Below are positions 37,169 to 46,099 of a stretch of DNA of 64,000 nucleotides, in pieces; the first letter of the stretch is position 1; every line of letters starts with the position of its first letter. Location: assembly GCA_963717765.1 (NCBI GenBank), contig CAVQWX010000006.1, forward strand, positions 16,379-80,378, read 5' to 3'. Both the position numbers and the translations under genes were made by a program. The notes beneath the pieces were generated by a model. It ran no database searches. It was not told where the DNA came from and was given only the letters and a program-made list of their open reading frames with translations. This DNA comes from an uncultured Actinomycetes bacterium (lineage in GTDB: Bacteria; Actinomycetota; Thermoleophilia; Gaiellales; Gaiellaceae).

Positions 37169-37656
37169 AGACGCGGCAGGCGGAGCCCGGGGATGCCGGA
37201 ACGATCGCGCGGATCTACAACGAGGGCATCGAGGACCGCGTGGCGACGTTCGACACCGAGCTGCGGACGGCGGACGACATCCTCGGCTGGCTCGAGGAGG
37301 ACCATCCGGTGGTCGTGGCCGAAGTGGACGGGGAGGTGCGCGCGTGGGCGGTCGCCCATCCGTACAGCGTCAGGGCCGTGTACTCGGGTGTCGGCGACTA
37401 TTCCGTGTACGTCTCCCGCGAGAGCCGCGGCCGCGGCCTGGGACGGGTGGCTCTGGCGGCCCTCGTCCAGGAGTGCGAAGCGCGCGGGTACTGGAAGCTG
37501 CTCAGCCGGATCTTCCCCCGGAACGAGGCGAGCCTGGCGCTCGCCCGCTCGCTCGGCTTCCGCGAGGTCGGCGTCTACCGGCGGCACGGGAAGCTGGACG
37601 GCGAGTGGCTCGATTGCGTAATCGTCGAGCGGCTGCTCGGCGAAGCCACGCGCTGA
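37165..37656 (+). CDS. GNAT family N-acetyltransferase (phosphinothricin/L-amino-acid acetyltransferase-like)
   Basis: ATGA overlap with the preceding GNAT gene. IARIYNEGIEDRVATF and SRGRGLGRVALAALVQ. Confidence 0.8.
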   Translation: MKTRQAEPGDAGTIARIYNEGIEDRVATFDTELRTADDILGWLEEDHPVVVAEVDGEVRAWAVAHPYSVRAVYSGVGDYSVYVSRESRGRGLGRVALAALVQECEARGYWKLLSRIFPRNEASLALARSLGFREVGVYRRHGKLDGEWLDCVIVERLLGEATR

Positions 37657-37691
37657 GTTTCCGCGGGCCGAAGTCTGGGCACGATTCGCTC

Positions 37692-37880
37692 GTGGGCGAA
37701 AACTTCCCCGAAGGGACGAGCGCCAGCGACCCCAGCGCGGTACCGCCATTCGATCCGGAGAGCCTCGACGAGAAGCCGGACGAGGGCGCGGTCGAGGAAA
37801 GACGCGACGACATCGGTCGCGACGACCCGTCCGAGGAGATCGACGCGGAAGAAGCGCCGGAGAGCCAGCAGGCCGGCTAG
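37692..37880 (+). CDS. small highly acidic hypothetical protein (62 aa)
   Basis: GTG start. High GC3 by my count (about 85%). VGENFPEGTSASDPSAVPPFDPESLDEKPDEGAVEERRDDIGRDDPSEEIDAEEAPESQQAG. No family recognised. Confidence 0.4.
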   Translation: MGENFPEGTSASDPSAVPPFDPESLDEKPDEGAVEERRDDIGRDDPSEEIDAEEAPESQQAG

Positions 37881-38092
37881 CTGATGCCACGATCTCGCGC
37901 GTCCGGCTGCGCGATCTGGCACGCCTGGGCCGCTCCGGCCCGGATCCGGCCGGTGGAGCCGGCCTCCACCGTGCCTGCGCTTTCGCCGCGTCGGCCGCTC
38001 ACCGATGCTCCCCGGCATCGGCAAGCGTCCGCCGCAGCGCCCAGACGCACCAGCTCGCGCCCCGGAACAGGCGATCTCATGGCATCAACCAT

Positions 38093-38626
38093 CTAACGGT
38101 CGCGCACGGCCCAGTCCTCGTCGAGCAGCGCGTACAGGTACTCGTCCCACCAGCCGCCGCCCGGCGCGGGCATGCATTTGCGGAAGTGCGCCTCGCGGCG
38201 CAAGCCGAGCTTCTCCATGACGCGGACGGAGGGCGTGTTCTGAGGCTGGCAGGTGGCGACGATGCGGTGGAGCCGGAGCGTCCCGAATGCGTGCGCAAGG
38301 ATGGCGAGCGCGGCCTCCGTGGCGTAGCCGCGACCCTGGTGTGCGGGGGCGACGGCCCATCCGACCTCGTACGTTTGCGGGCCGAACCAGGGGTGGAAGC
38401 CAACGTGCCCTACGAGTTGATCGCCGTTGCGAAGCACGAGCGCGTGCTGTCGCGCGTCGCCGGCGAGGTTCTGGGCGACGAACGCCTGGGTCTCTTCCGG
38501 CGTCTCGGGCCACTCGGGGACGAACTCGCGCATGCCTGGCACGGACAGGTACTCGTGAACGCCGCGCCAGTCTTCTTCGACGAGCGGGCGAATTCGCAAC
38601 CGCGCGGTCTCTAGCTCGAGCGGCAT
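38093..38626 (-). CDS. GNAT family N-acetyltransferase (RimJ/RimL-like)
   Basis: LETARLRIRPL N-terminal signature and HQGRGYATEAA motif. Confidence 0.8.
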   Translation of the reverse strand: MPLELETARLRIRPLVEEDWRGVHEYLSVPGMREFVPEWPETPEETQAFVAQNLAGDARQHALVLRNGDQLVGHVGFHPWFGPQTYEVGWAVAPAHQGRGYATEAALAILAHAFGTLRLHRIVATCQPQNTPSVRVMEKLGLRREAHFRKCMPAPGGGWWDEYLYALLDEDWAVRDR

Positions 38627-38753
38627 GCGCTACCTGCCGTCTCCGTCTTTCACATCCCCTCCCCCGGGGCGCTCACGCGCCCGACCCCCGTTATGGAGCG
38701 TAGTCGCGAAAGTGTGTCGAGTGTGAGACTGAGTCGGGGCGGAAGTGTGACTT

Positions 38754-39446
38754 CTAGCCCTCGCCGCGCGTGGAGTGGGTCGGGCCTTCCGGGTCCTCCG
38801 AATACGTCTCCGGGGATGCGGGATGGATCCCTTCCTCCGCGCCGCCGGGCGCGGGCTCGCTCGGCCCTTCTCCCGAGGCCTCCGACCCCGAGCTGCCGGC
38901 CGGAGCCCGCTCGCCGCTCTCGGCGGAGCCGCCGGCCCCAGCCGGCTCGCCGTGGTCAGCCGGCTCGCGGCGCTCAGTCGGCTCGCCGTGCTCGGCCGGC
39001 CCGCCGGCAGCCTCTTCCACTTGCTTCTCCAGAGCGCTCAGCACGTTCCCGACCTGCTGATTCACGATCGGCTGCAGCACGCGCTGGCCCATCGAGCCGA
39101 CCGGCCCCGCGATCGAGACATCCGCCTCCCACTGCATGGCCGTCCCGCCCGCCGCCTCGCTCAGGTTGAACTGCGTGTCCATGCTGACGATCGCGCCCAC
39201 GCCCTTCCCCTTCGCAACCAACCGCGCGTACTCGGGCTCCCGCTCGTCGGTCTTTTCGAACGAGAACGAGATGGGGATCGCGCCCAGCCCGAGCGGCACC
39301 TTCACCCGAGCCGACCAGCTGCGCGCGTCCGCGATGTCGAAGCTCTCGATCCCCGGCATCAGCTTCGCCATCCGCTCCGGGTCGTTCAGGACCTCCCACA
39401 CGACCGACCGCGGCGCATCGAACGACTTCTCCCCGGAGACCTTCAC
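38754..39446 (-). CDS. coxG: CoxG/SRPBCC family protein with long acidic low-complexity tail
   Basis: GTG start 39446 (GTGA overlap with the coxL stop). VKVSGEKSFDAPRSVVWEVLNDPERMAKLMPG is a typical CoxG N-terminus. Confidence 0.75.
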   Translation of the reverse strand: MKVSGEKSFDAPRSVVWEVLNDPERMAKLMPGIESFDIADARSWSARVKVPLGLGAIPISFSFEKTDEREPEYARLVAKGKGVGAIVSMDTQFNLSEAAGGTAMQWEADVSIAGPVGSMGQRVLQPIVNQQVGNVLSALEKQVEEAAGGPAEHGEPTERREPADHGEPAGAGGSAESGERAPAGSSGSEASGEGPSEPAPGGAEEGIHPASPETYSEDPEGPTHSTRGEG

Positions 39447-41944
39447 GGGCGGTTCTCCAGCGAAACGAGCCCGCGGCTCTTCTCCGGCTCGCGCATCAGC
39501 TCCCAGATCCGATGGGACGGGTTGCAGCTTTCGTGCACGACCGCCCCACCGGCCCCGCGCAGCGCATCCTGAACGGCTGCGCATACTGCGTGGATACCCG
39601 CACCGCCGCCCTCCCCCATCCCCTTCGCGCCCAGCGGCGTGAACGGCGAGGGCGACTCGATCGACCCGGTCTTGAACGGCGGCATGTCCAGCGCGTGGGG
39701 CACGTGGTAGTCGTAGAAGTTGGCCGTCAGTAGCGTCCCCTCCTCGTCGTAGGGGAAACTCTCGTGCAGCGCCGCGCCGAGCCCGTGCGCCGTCGCGCCG
39801 TGCACCTGTCCCTCGACGATCTGCGGATGGATGCGGATGCCACAGTCGTCCACGGCCGCGTAGTCGACGATCACCGGGACGCCCGTTTCCTTGTCGATCT
39901 CGACCACGCATGCGTGGATCTGCGTCGCGTAGGTGAGGGTCAGGTTGCCGAAATTACGCTCCTTGTCCGGAACCTCGAAGGGCGGCCGGTAGACGTAGCG
40001 GCAGTTGAGCGAAACGTCGTCGAGCTCGGCCGGAAGCCCCGCGTTGTTCGCGTTGATGATCGCGCCGCAGGCCATGAACGGCAACGCGGCCTCCGGGTTG
40101 TCCTCGATCTTCGCGAACCCCCCTTCGAGGACGATCGCGTCCTTGCCGACGCCTCCGAGGATCACTCCCGCGAGCCGCTTGATCTGGTCGGCCAGCATCT
40201 CGGTCGCGCCCTTGACCGCGCCCAACCCGGTGACCGCGAACTGGCTCGCGTAGGTGCCGGAGAAGCCGGCGTGCGAGTTCCAGTACGAGTCGTGCCCGGG
40301 CCGGACGTGAATGTCGTCGGGCGAGACGCCGAGGATGTCTGCCGCCACCTGCGCCGCCACCGTCTCGTGTCCCTGGCCCTGCGGGACCGTCCCCAGCGTG
40401 AGCACGATCTCGCCGAAGATGTCGAGCTTGATGGTCGCCACTTCGTTGTTGCCGGAGAACTGGAGATCCGGGTTCAGCAGCTGGGATTGGCCGAAATTGT
40501 TCGTCCCCGAGTCGAGGGTCGAGCCGATCCCGATTCCGAGCAGCTTCCCGCGGGACTCGGCCTCACGCCGGCGCTCCTCGATGCCGTCGTAGCCGATCAG
40601 GTCGAGCGCGATGTCCAGGCAGCGCGCGTAGTCGCCTGAGTCGTAGACGCATCCGTTCGGCGTCTCGTACGGCATCTCGTCCGAGCGGATGTAGTTGCGC
40701 TTGCGCACCTCGACCGGGTCGAGCCCGAGCTGGTGCGCGACGATGTCCATGATCCGCTCGGTCAGCCACAGGTGCTGCATGCGCGAGTATCCGCGGTTCG
40801 GGCCGACCGCGGACTTGTTCGTCACCGCCTGCATGAAATCCACGCGGATATTGCGCCAGCGGTACAGGCCCGGCGTGACCTGCGCCCAGATGATGCAGCC
40901 GAGCGGCTCGTACCGGGGGAAGGCTCCGCAATCGTCCAGCGCGCGCACCTTGAAGCCGAGCATCGTCCCGTCGGCGCGCACCGGCACTTCGACGTCGAGG
41001 AACGTCCGCTCGTTCCCGTGCGAGTTCGCCGTGTGCTGGTCGGTGCGCCACTCCGTCCACTGGACGGGGCGGTTGAGCTTCCGCGCCAGCAGACAGCATG
41101 CGGTGAGCTGGGGGTGGAGGCAGATCTTGTTCCCGAAGCCGCCCCCGATGTCATGGGTGACGAAGCGGAGCTTGTCCAGGCCGACTCGGAGCGCGGGCCC
41201 CATCCAGATCGCGCCGATTCCCGGCATCTGGTGGTTGCAGAAGATCGTCCACTGCCCGGTTGCCTTCTCGTACTCGACGAGCGCGCCGGAGCACTCGAGC
41301 GGAGTGGAGGAGAAGCGGTCGAAGTGGAGCCGCTCGATCCGTACGACCTGGTCGGCCTCGGCCAGCGCCGCGTCATAGTCGCCCCAGTCGAACAGCCCCG
41401 ACCAAACGACATTCGAGCCGGCCTCCTCGTGCAGGAGCGGCGCGTCGTCCTCGACCGCGCGCTCGGCGTCGACCACCACCGGAAGCGGCTCGTACTCGAC
41501 CTCGACGAGCTCGGCCGCGTCTCGCGCGAGCTCGCGCGAGGCCGCGACGACGGCAGCGACCGGCTCGCCCATGTGCCGCACCTTGCCCACCGCGAGCGCG
41601 TAGTCCTTCATGTCCGCACCGGGGGGAGTCGAGAGCTCGAAGAACGGATCGGTGAGGATCGCGACCTCGTCGCCGGTCAGCGTGCCGTAGACCCCGCCGA
41701 GCTCGAGCGCCTTCGAGACGTCGATCGACGTGATCTTGGCGTGCGCGTACGGCGAGCGGACGAAGTGGAGGAAGCCCATGCCGTGCCGCTTCAGGTCGTC
41801 GAAGAATACGCCCTCGCCCTGGACGAGCCGCTTGTCCTCCTTGCGCGGGACGCTCTGGCCCGCCCAGCCTCGCTTGGTCTCCGTCGGCTCGACGACGAGC
41901 GCCCGCTCGAGCGTGGTGTCAGTCATTTCCGGCTGCCTTTCCAA
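39443..41944 (-). CDS. molybdopterin-binding large subunit of a xanthine dehydrogenase / CoxL-like family enzyme
   Basis: Aldehyde-oxidase/XDH a/b hammerhead and Mo-binding patterns. The active-site loop reads TNKSAVGPNRGYSRMQ, which is neither VAYRCSFR (form I CODH) nor AYRGAGR (form II). Confidence 0.85.
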   Translation of the reverse strand: MERQPEMTDTTLERALVVEPTETKRGWAGQSVPRKEDKRLVQGEGVFFDDLKRHGMGFLHFVRSPYAHAKITSIDVSKALELGGVYGTLTGDEVAILTDPFFELSTPPGADMKDYALAVGKVRHMGEPVAAVVAASRELARDAAELVEVEYEPLPVVVDAERAVEDDAPLLHEEAGSNVVWSGLFDWGDYDAALAEADQVVRIERLHFDRFSSTPLECSGALVEYEKATGQWTIFCNHQMPGIGAIWMGPALRVGLDKLRFVTHDIGGGFGNKICLHPQLTACCLLARKLNRPVQWTEWRTDQHTANSHGNERTFLDVEVPVRADGTMLGFKVRALDDCGAFPRYEPLGCIIWAQVTPGLYRWRNIRVDFMQAVTNKSAVGPNRGYSRMQHLWLTERIMDIVAHQLGLDPVEVRKRNYIRSDEMPYETPNGCVYDSGDYARCLDIALDLIGYDGIEERRREAESRGKLLGIGIGSTLDSGTNNFGQSQLLNPDLQFSGNNEVATIKLDIFGEIVLTLGTVPQGQGHETVAAQVAADILGVSPDDIHVRPGHDSYWNSHAGFSGTYASQFAVTGLGAVKGATEMLADQIKRLAGVILGGVGKDAIVLEGGFAKIEDNPEAALPFMACGAIINANNAGLPAELDDVSLNCRYVYRPPFEVPDKERNFGNLTLTYATQIHACVVEIDKETGVPVIVDYAAVDDCGIRIHPQIVEGQVHGATAHGLGAALHESFPYDEEGTLLTANFYDYHVPHALDMPPFKTGSIESPSPFTPLGAKGMGEGGGAGIHAVCAAVQDALRGAGGAVVHESCNPSHRIWELMREPEKSRGLVSLENRP

Positions 41945-41946
41945 TC

Positions 41947-41983
41947 GCCTCGACGATGTTCACGTACCCGGTGCAGCGGCAGA
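41947..41983. repeat. 37-nt exact direct repeat, copy A (relic 3' end of coxS abutting the coxL start)
   Basis: gcctcgacgatgttcacgtacccggtgcagcggcaga is identical to 42148..42184. On the minus strand it encodes [20 protein letters not shown]-stop, ending in an ATGA overlap with the coxL ATG. Confidence 0.9.
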
Positions 41984-42116
41984 CGCAGCACGGGGGAAAC
42001 CAGGTTTCCCCCGTGAACCCCCTTCTTAAACGCCCGGCGGCGTCGGTCGCCTGCGCGGGCTGCGCTCGGGCAAAGCCCGGCTCCGCCACGTTGCGCACGA
42101 GAAATCTGTCGCCCGT

Positions 42117-42587
42117 TCATGCGTCTCCACCGGCTGCGCGCGAGATGGCCTCGACGATGTTCACGTACCCGGTGCAGCGGCAGATGTTCCCCTGGATCGC
42201 CTTCCGAATCTCCTGCTCGCTGGGGCTCGGGTTGGTGTCCAGAAGGTGCTTCGCGGACATGAGCATCCCCGGCGTGCAGTAGCCGCACTGGAGCGCGTGT
42301 GCGTCGCTGAAGGCCTGCTGCAACGGATGGAGCTCGCCGTCCCGCGCCAGCCCCTCGACAGTGTCGATCGAGGCCCCGTCGGCCTGGACGGCCAGCATCA
42401 TGCAGCTCTTGATCGCGTCGCCGTTGTAGAGGACGGTGCAGGCGCCGCAATTGCCGGTGTCGCAGCCGACGTGCGTCCCGGTCAGATCGAGGTCGTCGCG
42501 CAGGAAGTGGACGAGCAGCCGCCGCGACTCCACCTCACGCTCGAACAGGTCGCCGTTGACCTCGACCTTGATCGTCTTCTCCTTCAC
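42117..42587 (-). CDS. coxS: (2Fe-2S)-binding small subunit (CoxS-like)
   Basis: GTG start 42587 (GTGA overlap with the coxM stop). CDTGNCGAC and CGYCTPGM...CRCTG cluster motifs. Confidence 0.88.
   Translation of the reverse strand: MKEKTIKVEVNGDLFEREVESRRLLVHFLRDDLDLTGTHVGCDTGNCGACTVLYNGDAIKSCMMLAVQADGASIDTVEGLARDGELHPLQQAFSDAHALQCGYCTPGMLMSAKHLLDTNPSPSEQEIRKAIQGNICRCTGYVNIVEAISRAAGGDA
42148..42184. repeat. 37-nt exact direct repeat, copy B (inside the functional coxS 3' end)
   Basis: Identical to 41947..41983, 201 nt away. Confidence 0.9.
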
Positions 42588-43393
42588 CCGCTGCTCCTCG
42601 CGTGTGCGACCGCGCGCACTGCCAGCACCTCGGCCAGGTGGCGGCGGTACTCGGCCGAGCCGTGGACGTCCGACGGTGGGTCCAGTCCCGCTCCGCGCAC
42701 GGCTTCGCGGACACTGTCGTCGTCCGGACGGGACGTGACGAGCACCGGCACGGCGGACACGCACCCGATCGCGATCCGCGCCTCGCCGTTCACGGTCGCG
42801 GCCACGTTCACGATGCCCGTCCCCTCGTTGCCGACGGTCACGGAGTAGAAGCCGTCGCCGGTGCCGCCGGCGGCCGGGACGGAAACCCTGGTCAGCAGCT
42901 CGCCCGGGGCGACTGCGGTCATGTACACGCCGAGGAAGAAGTCCTCGGCCGAAACCGTTCGTGTGCCGCTCTGGCCCGCGATCGTCATCGTGGCGCGGGC
43001 GGCGACCATGAGCGGGGGCAGATGGTTGGTCGGGTCGTTCGAGCAGACGTTGCCGCCGACGGTGCCGCGGTTGCGCACCTGGACGTCGGCGATCCGCGAG
43101 GCTACCTCGGCAAGGATCGGCCTGCGCTCCCGCACCTCTGCCGAGCCGATCACATCCGAGAGCGTCGCCATCGCGCCCAGCTCGAGGCTCCCGTCCTCAG
43201 CGACCGTTATCGGCGTCAGCTCCTCCAGCTCAGCCAGATCGACGAGCACGTCGGGCGACGCGAGCCGCTGCTTCATCACGTTGATCAGCGTCTGACCACC
43301 CGCGAGCGCGCGGGCGTTGTCGTTCGCGCCCAGAAGCTCGAGCGCTTCGGCAACGCTCTCCGGGCGGGAGTACTCGACCTCGTTCAACAGCAC
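42584..43393 (-). CDS. coxM: FAD-binding medium subunit (CoxM-like)
   Basis: [16 protein letters not shown] ... AGGQTL ... NRGTVGGN are FAD_binding_5 patterns. Confidence 0.88.
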   Translation of the reverse strand: MLLNEVEYSRPESVAEALELLGANDNARALAGGQTLINVMKQRLASPDVLVDLAELEELTPITVAEDGSLELGAMATLSDVIGSAEVRERRPILAEVASRIADVQVRNRGTVGGNVCSNDPTNHLPPLMVAARATMTIAGQSGTRTVSAEDFFLGVYMTAVAPGELLTRVSVPAAGGTGDGFYSVTVGNEGTGIVNVAATVNGEARIAIGCVSAVPVLVTSRPDDDSVREAVRGAGLDPPSDVHGSAEYRRHLAEVLAVRAVAHARSSG

Positions 43394-43553
43394 GGCGTGA
43401 TTGAACCATGCGCGGGCCGCCGCGGCCAGACATTCACCGGGGGATGAAATGCGAGGACCGGACGTGAAATCTCCGTCAGTTTTGGTACAAAGGGCGCGGA
43501 GTCACGGAAGATGCGGGAGGAAAGCCGCTTTTTCCTCCCGCTCCTAATCCTTC

Positions 43554-45530
43554 ATGCGGTCGTTCGGTAGAAGCTCACTCGTCGCTCTGGGCGCGACTGC
43601 GCTGCTGGTCGCGGCGTGGTCAGGCGACGCTTCCGGCCATCCCGCGAGGCTGGCAAGGCCAGGTCTCCATGGCTCGGGCGCCGCCTCGTCCTTGGCGCTT
43701 CGCAAACATGGCTTGATCTACCGCGGCCTCGTTCGGGCCAGGAGCGGCCCGTGCCGAGGCGTGTTCGCGTTCCCAGCGAAACACGGACCTCCAGCTTGCA
43801 CCCATGGCCCCGATCCGTCGCCGGCCGGGATCGACGTTCGCAAAGTACCGTCGCTACGCGTGCTGCGCGAGCGCGCTCTGGTCAGTCGGCGCAAGGGCGA
43901 CGCTTCGACAATGGATTGCTACCGCGGCGGAAACGCCGTGCAGGGGATCTATGCACACCAGGCCGGAACGACAGACAACCATTCGACCTACGCGGGGTAT
44001 CTGCAGGCGTACGCCGCCGCTGCAGATTCTGTCTTCCAAGGAAGCGCCGCCGAACAGGGGGGTTCGAGGCAGCTACGGTGGGTTACCGATCCGTCGTGTA
44101 ATCCGAGAATCCTCGACGTCACCATTTCACGGAGCGCGTCAGGCGATTTCAGGACGATGATCGACGAGCTCAGGGACCAGGGCTTTACGGACCCGTCTCG
44201 CAAGTACCTCGTGTGGATGGACGGCTCGAACACCTACTGCGGGATCGGACAGTACTACGGTGACTCGAGCCAGGACCAGGGCAACGACAACAACGGCGCC
44301 GTCGCAATGTTCGCGCGTGTCGACAAACCCTGCTGGGGCTTGCTGGGAGGGCCCGGTACCCACTCGGTAGAGGCGCACGAGCTGACGCACACGCTCGGTG
44401 GCGTCGAGAGCAATGCTCCGAACGCGACGCCCAACGGTCACTGCACGGACGACTACGACACCATGTGCTACGACGATGGGTCCGGCCTTGTCATGAGAAG
44501 GGTGTGCCCCGACCCTGCCCATGAGGGCTTGCTCGATTGCAACCACGACGACTACTTCGGCCTGAGCCCCGCGCCGGGCACCTATCTGGCGACCCACTGG
44601 GACACGGCCAATAGCTCGTTTCTGATCGCCGGCTCCACCCCTCCGCCGCCGCCGCCTCCTCCACCGCCTCCACCACCTCCACCGCCGCCACCACCGCCGC
44701 CACCACCGCCGCCGCCTCCGCCTCCTCCACACGGCCCGGCCACGACCATGCGATTTACGAGCGCGAGCACCGCGCTCTCCTCGGGCTCGGCGAGAGTGCT
44801 CTCCGTGGAGCTGCGCGACGCGATCGGGAACCTGACCCCGGTCGGGACGCCGGTGACGTTCACGAGGACCTCGGGGCCGGGAACGGTCACGGGCCTCGGG
44901 TCGAAGACGTCGACCGCCGGGATCGCCTCGGTCACCGTCGTCGGCCAGCTTGCCGGGCCCGTCACGATCACTGCCTCGTCGGGCTCACTCAGCGCCGCGA
45001 CGACCTTCTCCGTCGTCCCAGGCTCGGCGGACGCGAGGAGGACGACGCTTTCTGCCGCACCGGCCGCCGTCCCGGCCGACGGCGCGGCAATCTCGACCGT
45101 CATCGTGGACGTGAAGGACTCGGCAGGGAACGACCTGCAGTCGTCCGCCGGAGCGGTCGGACTGCACACGAGCCTCGGCACCCTCTCGTCGGTGACGGAT
45201 CTGCACAACGGCATCTACACGGCGGCCCTGACCGCGGGCACCCAGCCCGGCCAGGCCGCGATCACCGGTGAGCTCGGCGGTCAGGCTATCGCCGGCCGGG
45301 CGACGGTGACGCTCGAGGCGCAGTGCATCGTTCCCCGCGTCCGCGGGAAGACACTCGCCGCCGCGAGGGTCGCGCTGCGGGCTTCCCATTGCCGAGTTGG
45401 AGCGGTCAAGACCGTCCGCTCGGCCACGGTCGCCTCCGGCAAGGTCAGCTCACAGCGCCCGGCGGCGGGACGCATACTGCCGGCCGGGACGAAGGTGAAG
45501 CTGATCATCTCGCGCGGCCGCCGCCGCTAG
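43554..45530 (+). CDS. secreted multidomain protein: putative HExxH zinc metalloprotease - Pro30 linker - bacterial Ig-like (Big_1-type) domains - C-terminal PASTA domain
   Basis: Signal peptide; VEAHELTHTLGG (HExxH); 30 consecutive Pro codons; two invasin-like Ig segments (ADGAAISTVIVDVKDSAGN...). The C-terminus CIVPRVRGKTLAAARVALRASHCRVGAVK...GKVSSQRPAAGRILPAGTKVKLIISRG matches the PASTA pattern. Confidence 0.7.
   Translation: MRSFGRSSLVALGATALLVAAWSGDASGHPARLARPGLHGSGAASSLALRKHGLIYRGLVRARSGPCRGVFAFPAKHGPPACTHGPDPSPAGIDVRKVPSLRVLRERALVSRRKGDASTMDCYRGGNAVQGIYAHQAGTTDNHSTYAGYLQAYAAAADSVFQGSAAEQGGSRQLRWVTDPSCNPRILDVTISRSASGDFRTMIDELRDQGFTDPSRKYLVWMDGSNTYCGIGQYYGDSSQDQGNDNNGAVAMFARVDKPCWGLLGGPGTHSVEAHELTHTLGGVESNAPNATPNGHCTDDYDTMCYDDGSGLVMRRVCPDPAHEGLLDCNHDDYFGLSPAPGTYLATHWDTANSSFLIAGSTPPPPPPPPPPPPPPPPPPPPPPPPPPPPPPHGPATTMRFTSASTALSSGSARVLSVELRDAIGNLTPVGTPVTFTRTSGPGTVTGLGSKTSTAGIASVTVVGQLAGPVTITASSGSLSAATTFSVVPGSADARRTTLSAAPAAVPADGAAISTVIVDVKDSAGNDLQSSAGAVGLHTSLGTLSSVTDLHNGIYTAALTAGTQPGQAAITGELGGQAIAGRATVTLEAQCIVPRVRGKTLAAARVALRASHCRVGAVKTVRSATVASGKVSSQRPAAGRILPAGTKVKLIISRGRRR
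44640..44729 (+). repeat. 30-codon polyproline tract (CCN)30
   Basis: Counted directly: cct ccg ccg ccg ccg cct cct cca ... cct cct cca, followed by cac. Confidence 0.95.
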
Positions 45531-45540
45531 CTCTCTTGCC

Positions 45541-46098
45541 TCAGCCGCGCACGCGATACCTGAGGCGCGCGAACTGGCCGCCTTGCCCGAGCTCGACCAG
45601 CTCGAGCTGCTTCGCGGTGAGCCGGCGCGGAAGAAGCGGCGCTCCGGCGCCGAGCGTGACCGGCGCCACTCCGAGCAGGATCTCGTCCAGCAATCCCTTG
45701 TCCGCGAACTGGCCGACGAGATCGCCGCCTCCGACGATCCAGACGTTCTTGTCCTGCGCGGCCTTCGTCATCTCCTCATGGACGGGAGCCACGTCTCCGG
45801 AAACGAACCGCAGCGGCACCCCGGGCACTTGCGGAAGCTCGCCGTGGCCGAACACCCAGCAGGGCGTGTCACCGTAGACCGTCCAACGCTCCGGGTGGTT
45901 GAGGAGATCCTCGTGATCGATGACCCATCGGTACGTGTTGGCTCCCATCGCCATCGCGCCGACGCCCGAGAAGAACTCCGTGAACTCGGAGCCGGGGTCG
46001 TCACCTCGGTCGACCTCGAAGAGCCAGTCCAGGCTGTGGTGCTCATCGGCGATGAAGCCGTCGAGGGTCGTCGCCGTGTAGTACTGCGTGAGCGTCAC
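45541..46098 (-). CDS. dihydrofolate reductase family protein (RibD C-terminal domain-like)
   Basis: YYTATTLDGFIADEHHSLDWL ... VWIVGGGDLVGQF pattern. Confidence 0.75.
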   Translation of the reverse strand: MTLTQYYTATTLDGFIADEHHSLDWLFEVDRGDDPGSEFTEFFSGVGAMAMGANTYRWVIDHEDLLNHPERWTVYGDTPCWVFGHGELPQVPGVPLRFVSGDVAPVHEEMTKAAQDKNVWIVGGGDLVGQFADKGLLDEILLGVAPVTLGAGAPLLPRRLTAKQLELVELGQGGQFARLRYRVRG

Positions 46099-46099
46099 G

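Noticed and set aside
37575-38096. ORFs 37575..38024 (minus) and 37884..38096 (plus) between the GNAT genes
   Set aside because: Their translations are Arg/Pro-rich with no motifs or plausible RBS. Only the acidic 62-aa plus-strand ORF (37692..37880) showed coding-like GC3.
39443-43393. Calling the coxMSLG cluster an aerobic carbon-monoxide dehydrogenase
   Set aside because: The large subunit lacks the AYXCSFR (form I) and AYRGAGR (form II) loop motifs, and no coxDEF accessory genes are present. It is annotated only as a molybdenum hydroxylase of the XDH/CoxL family.
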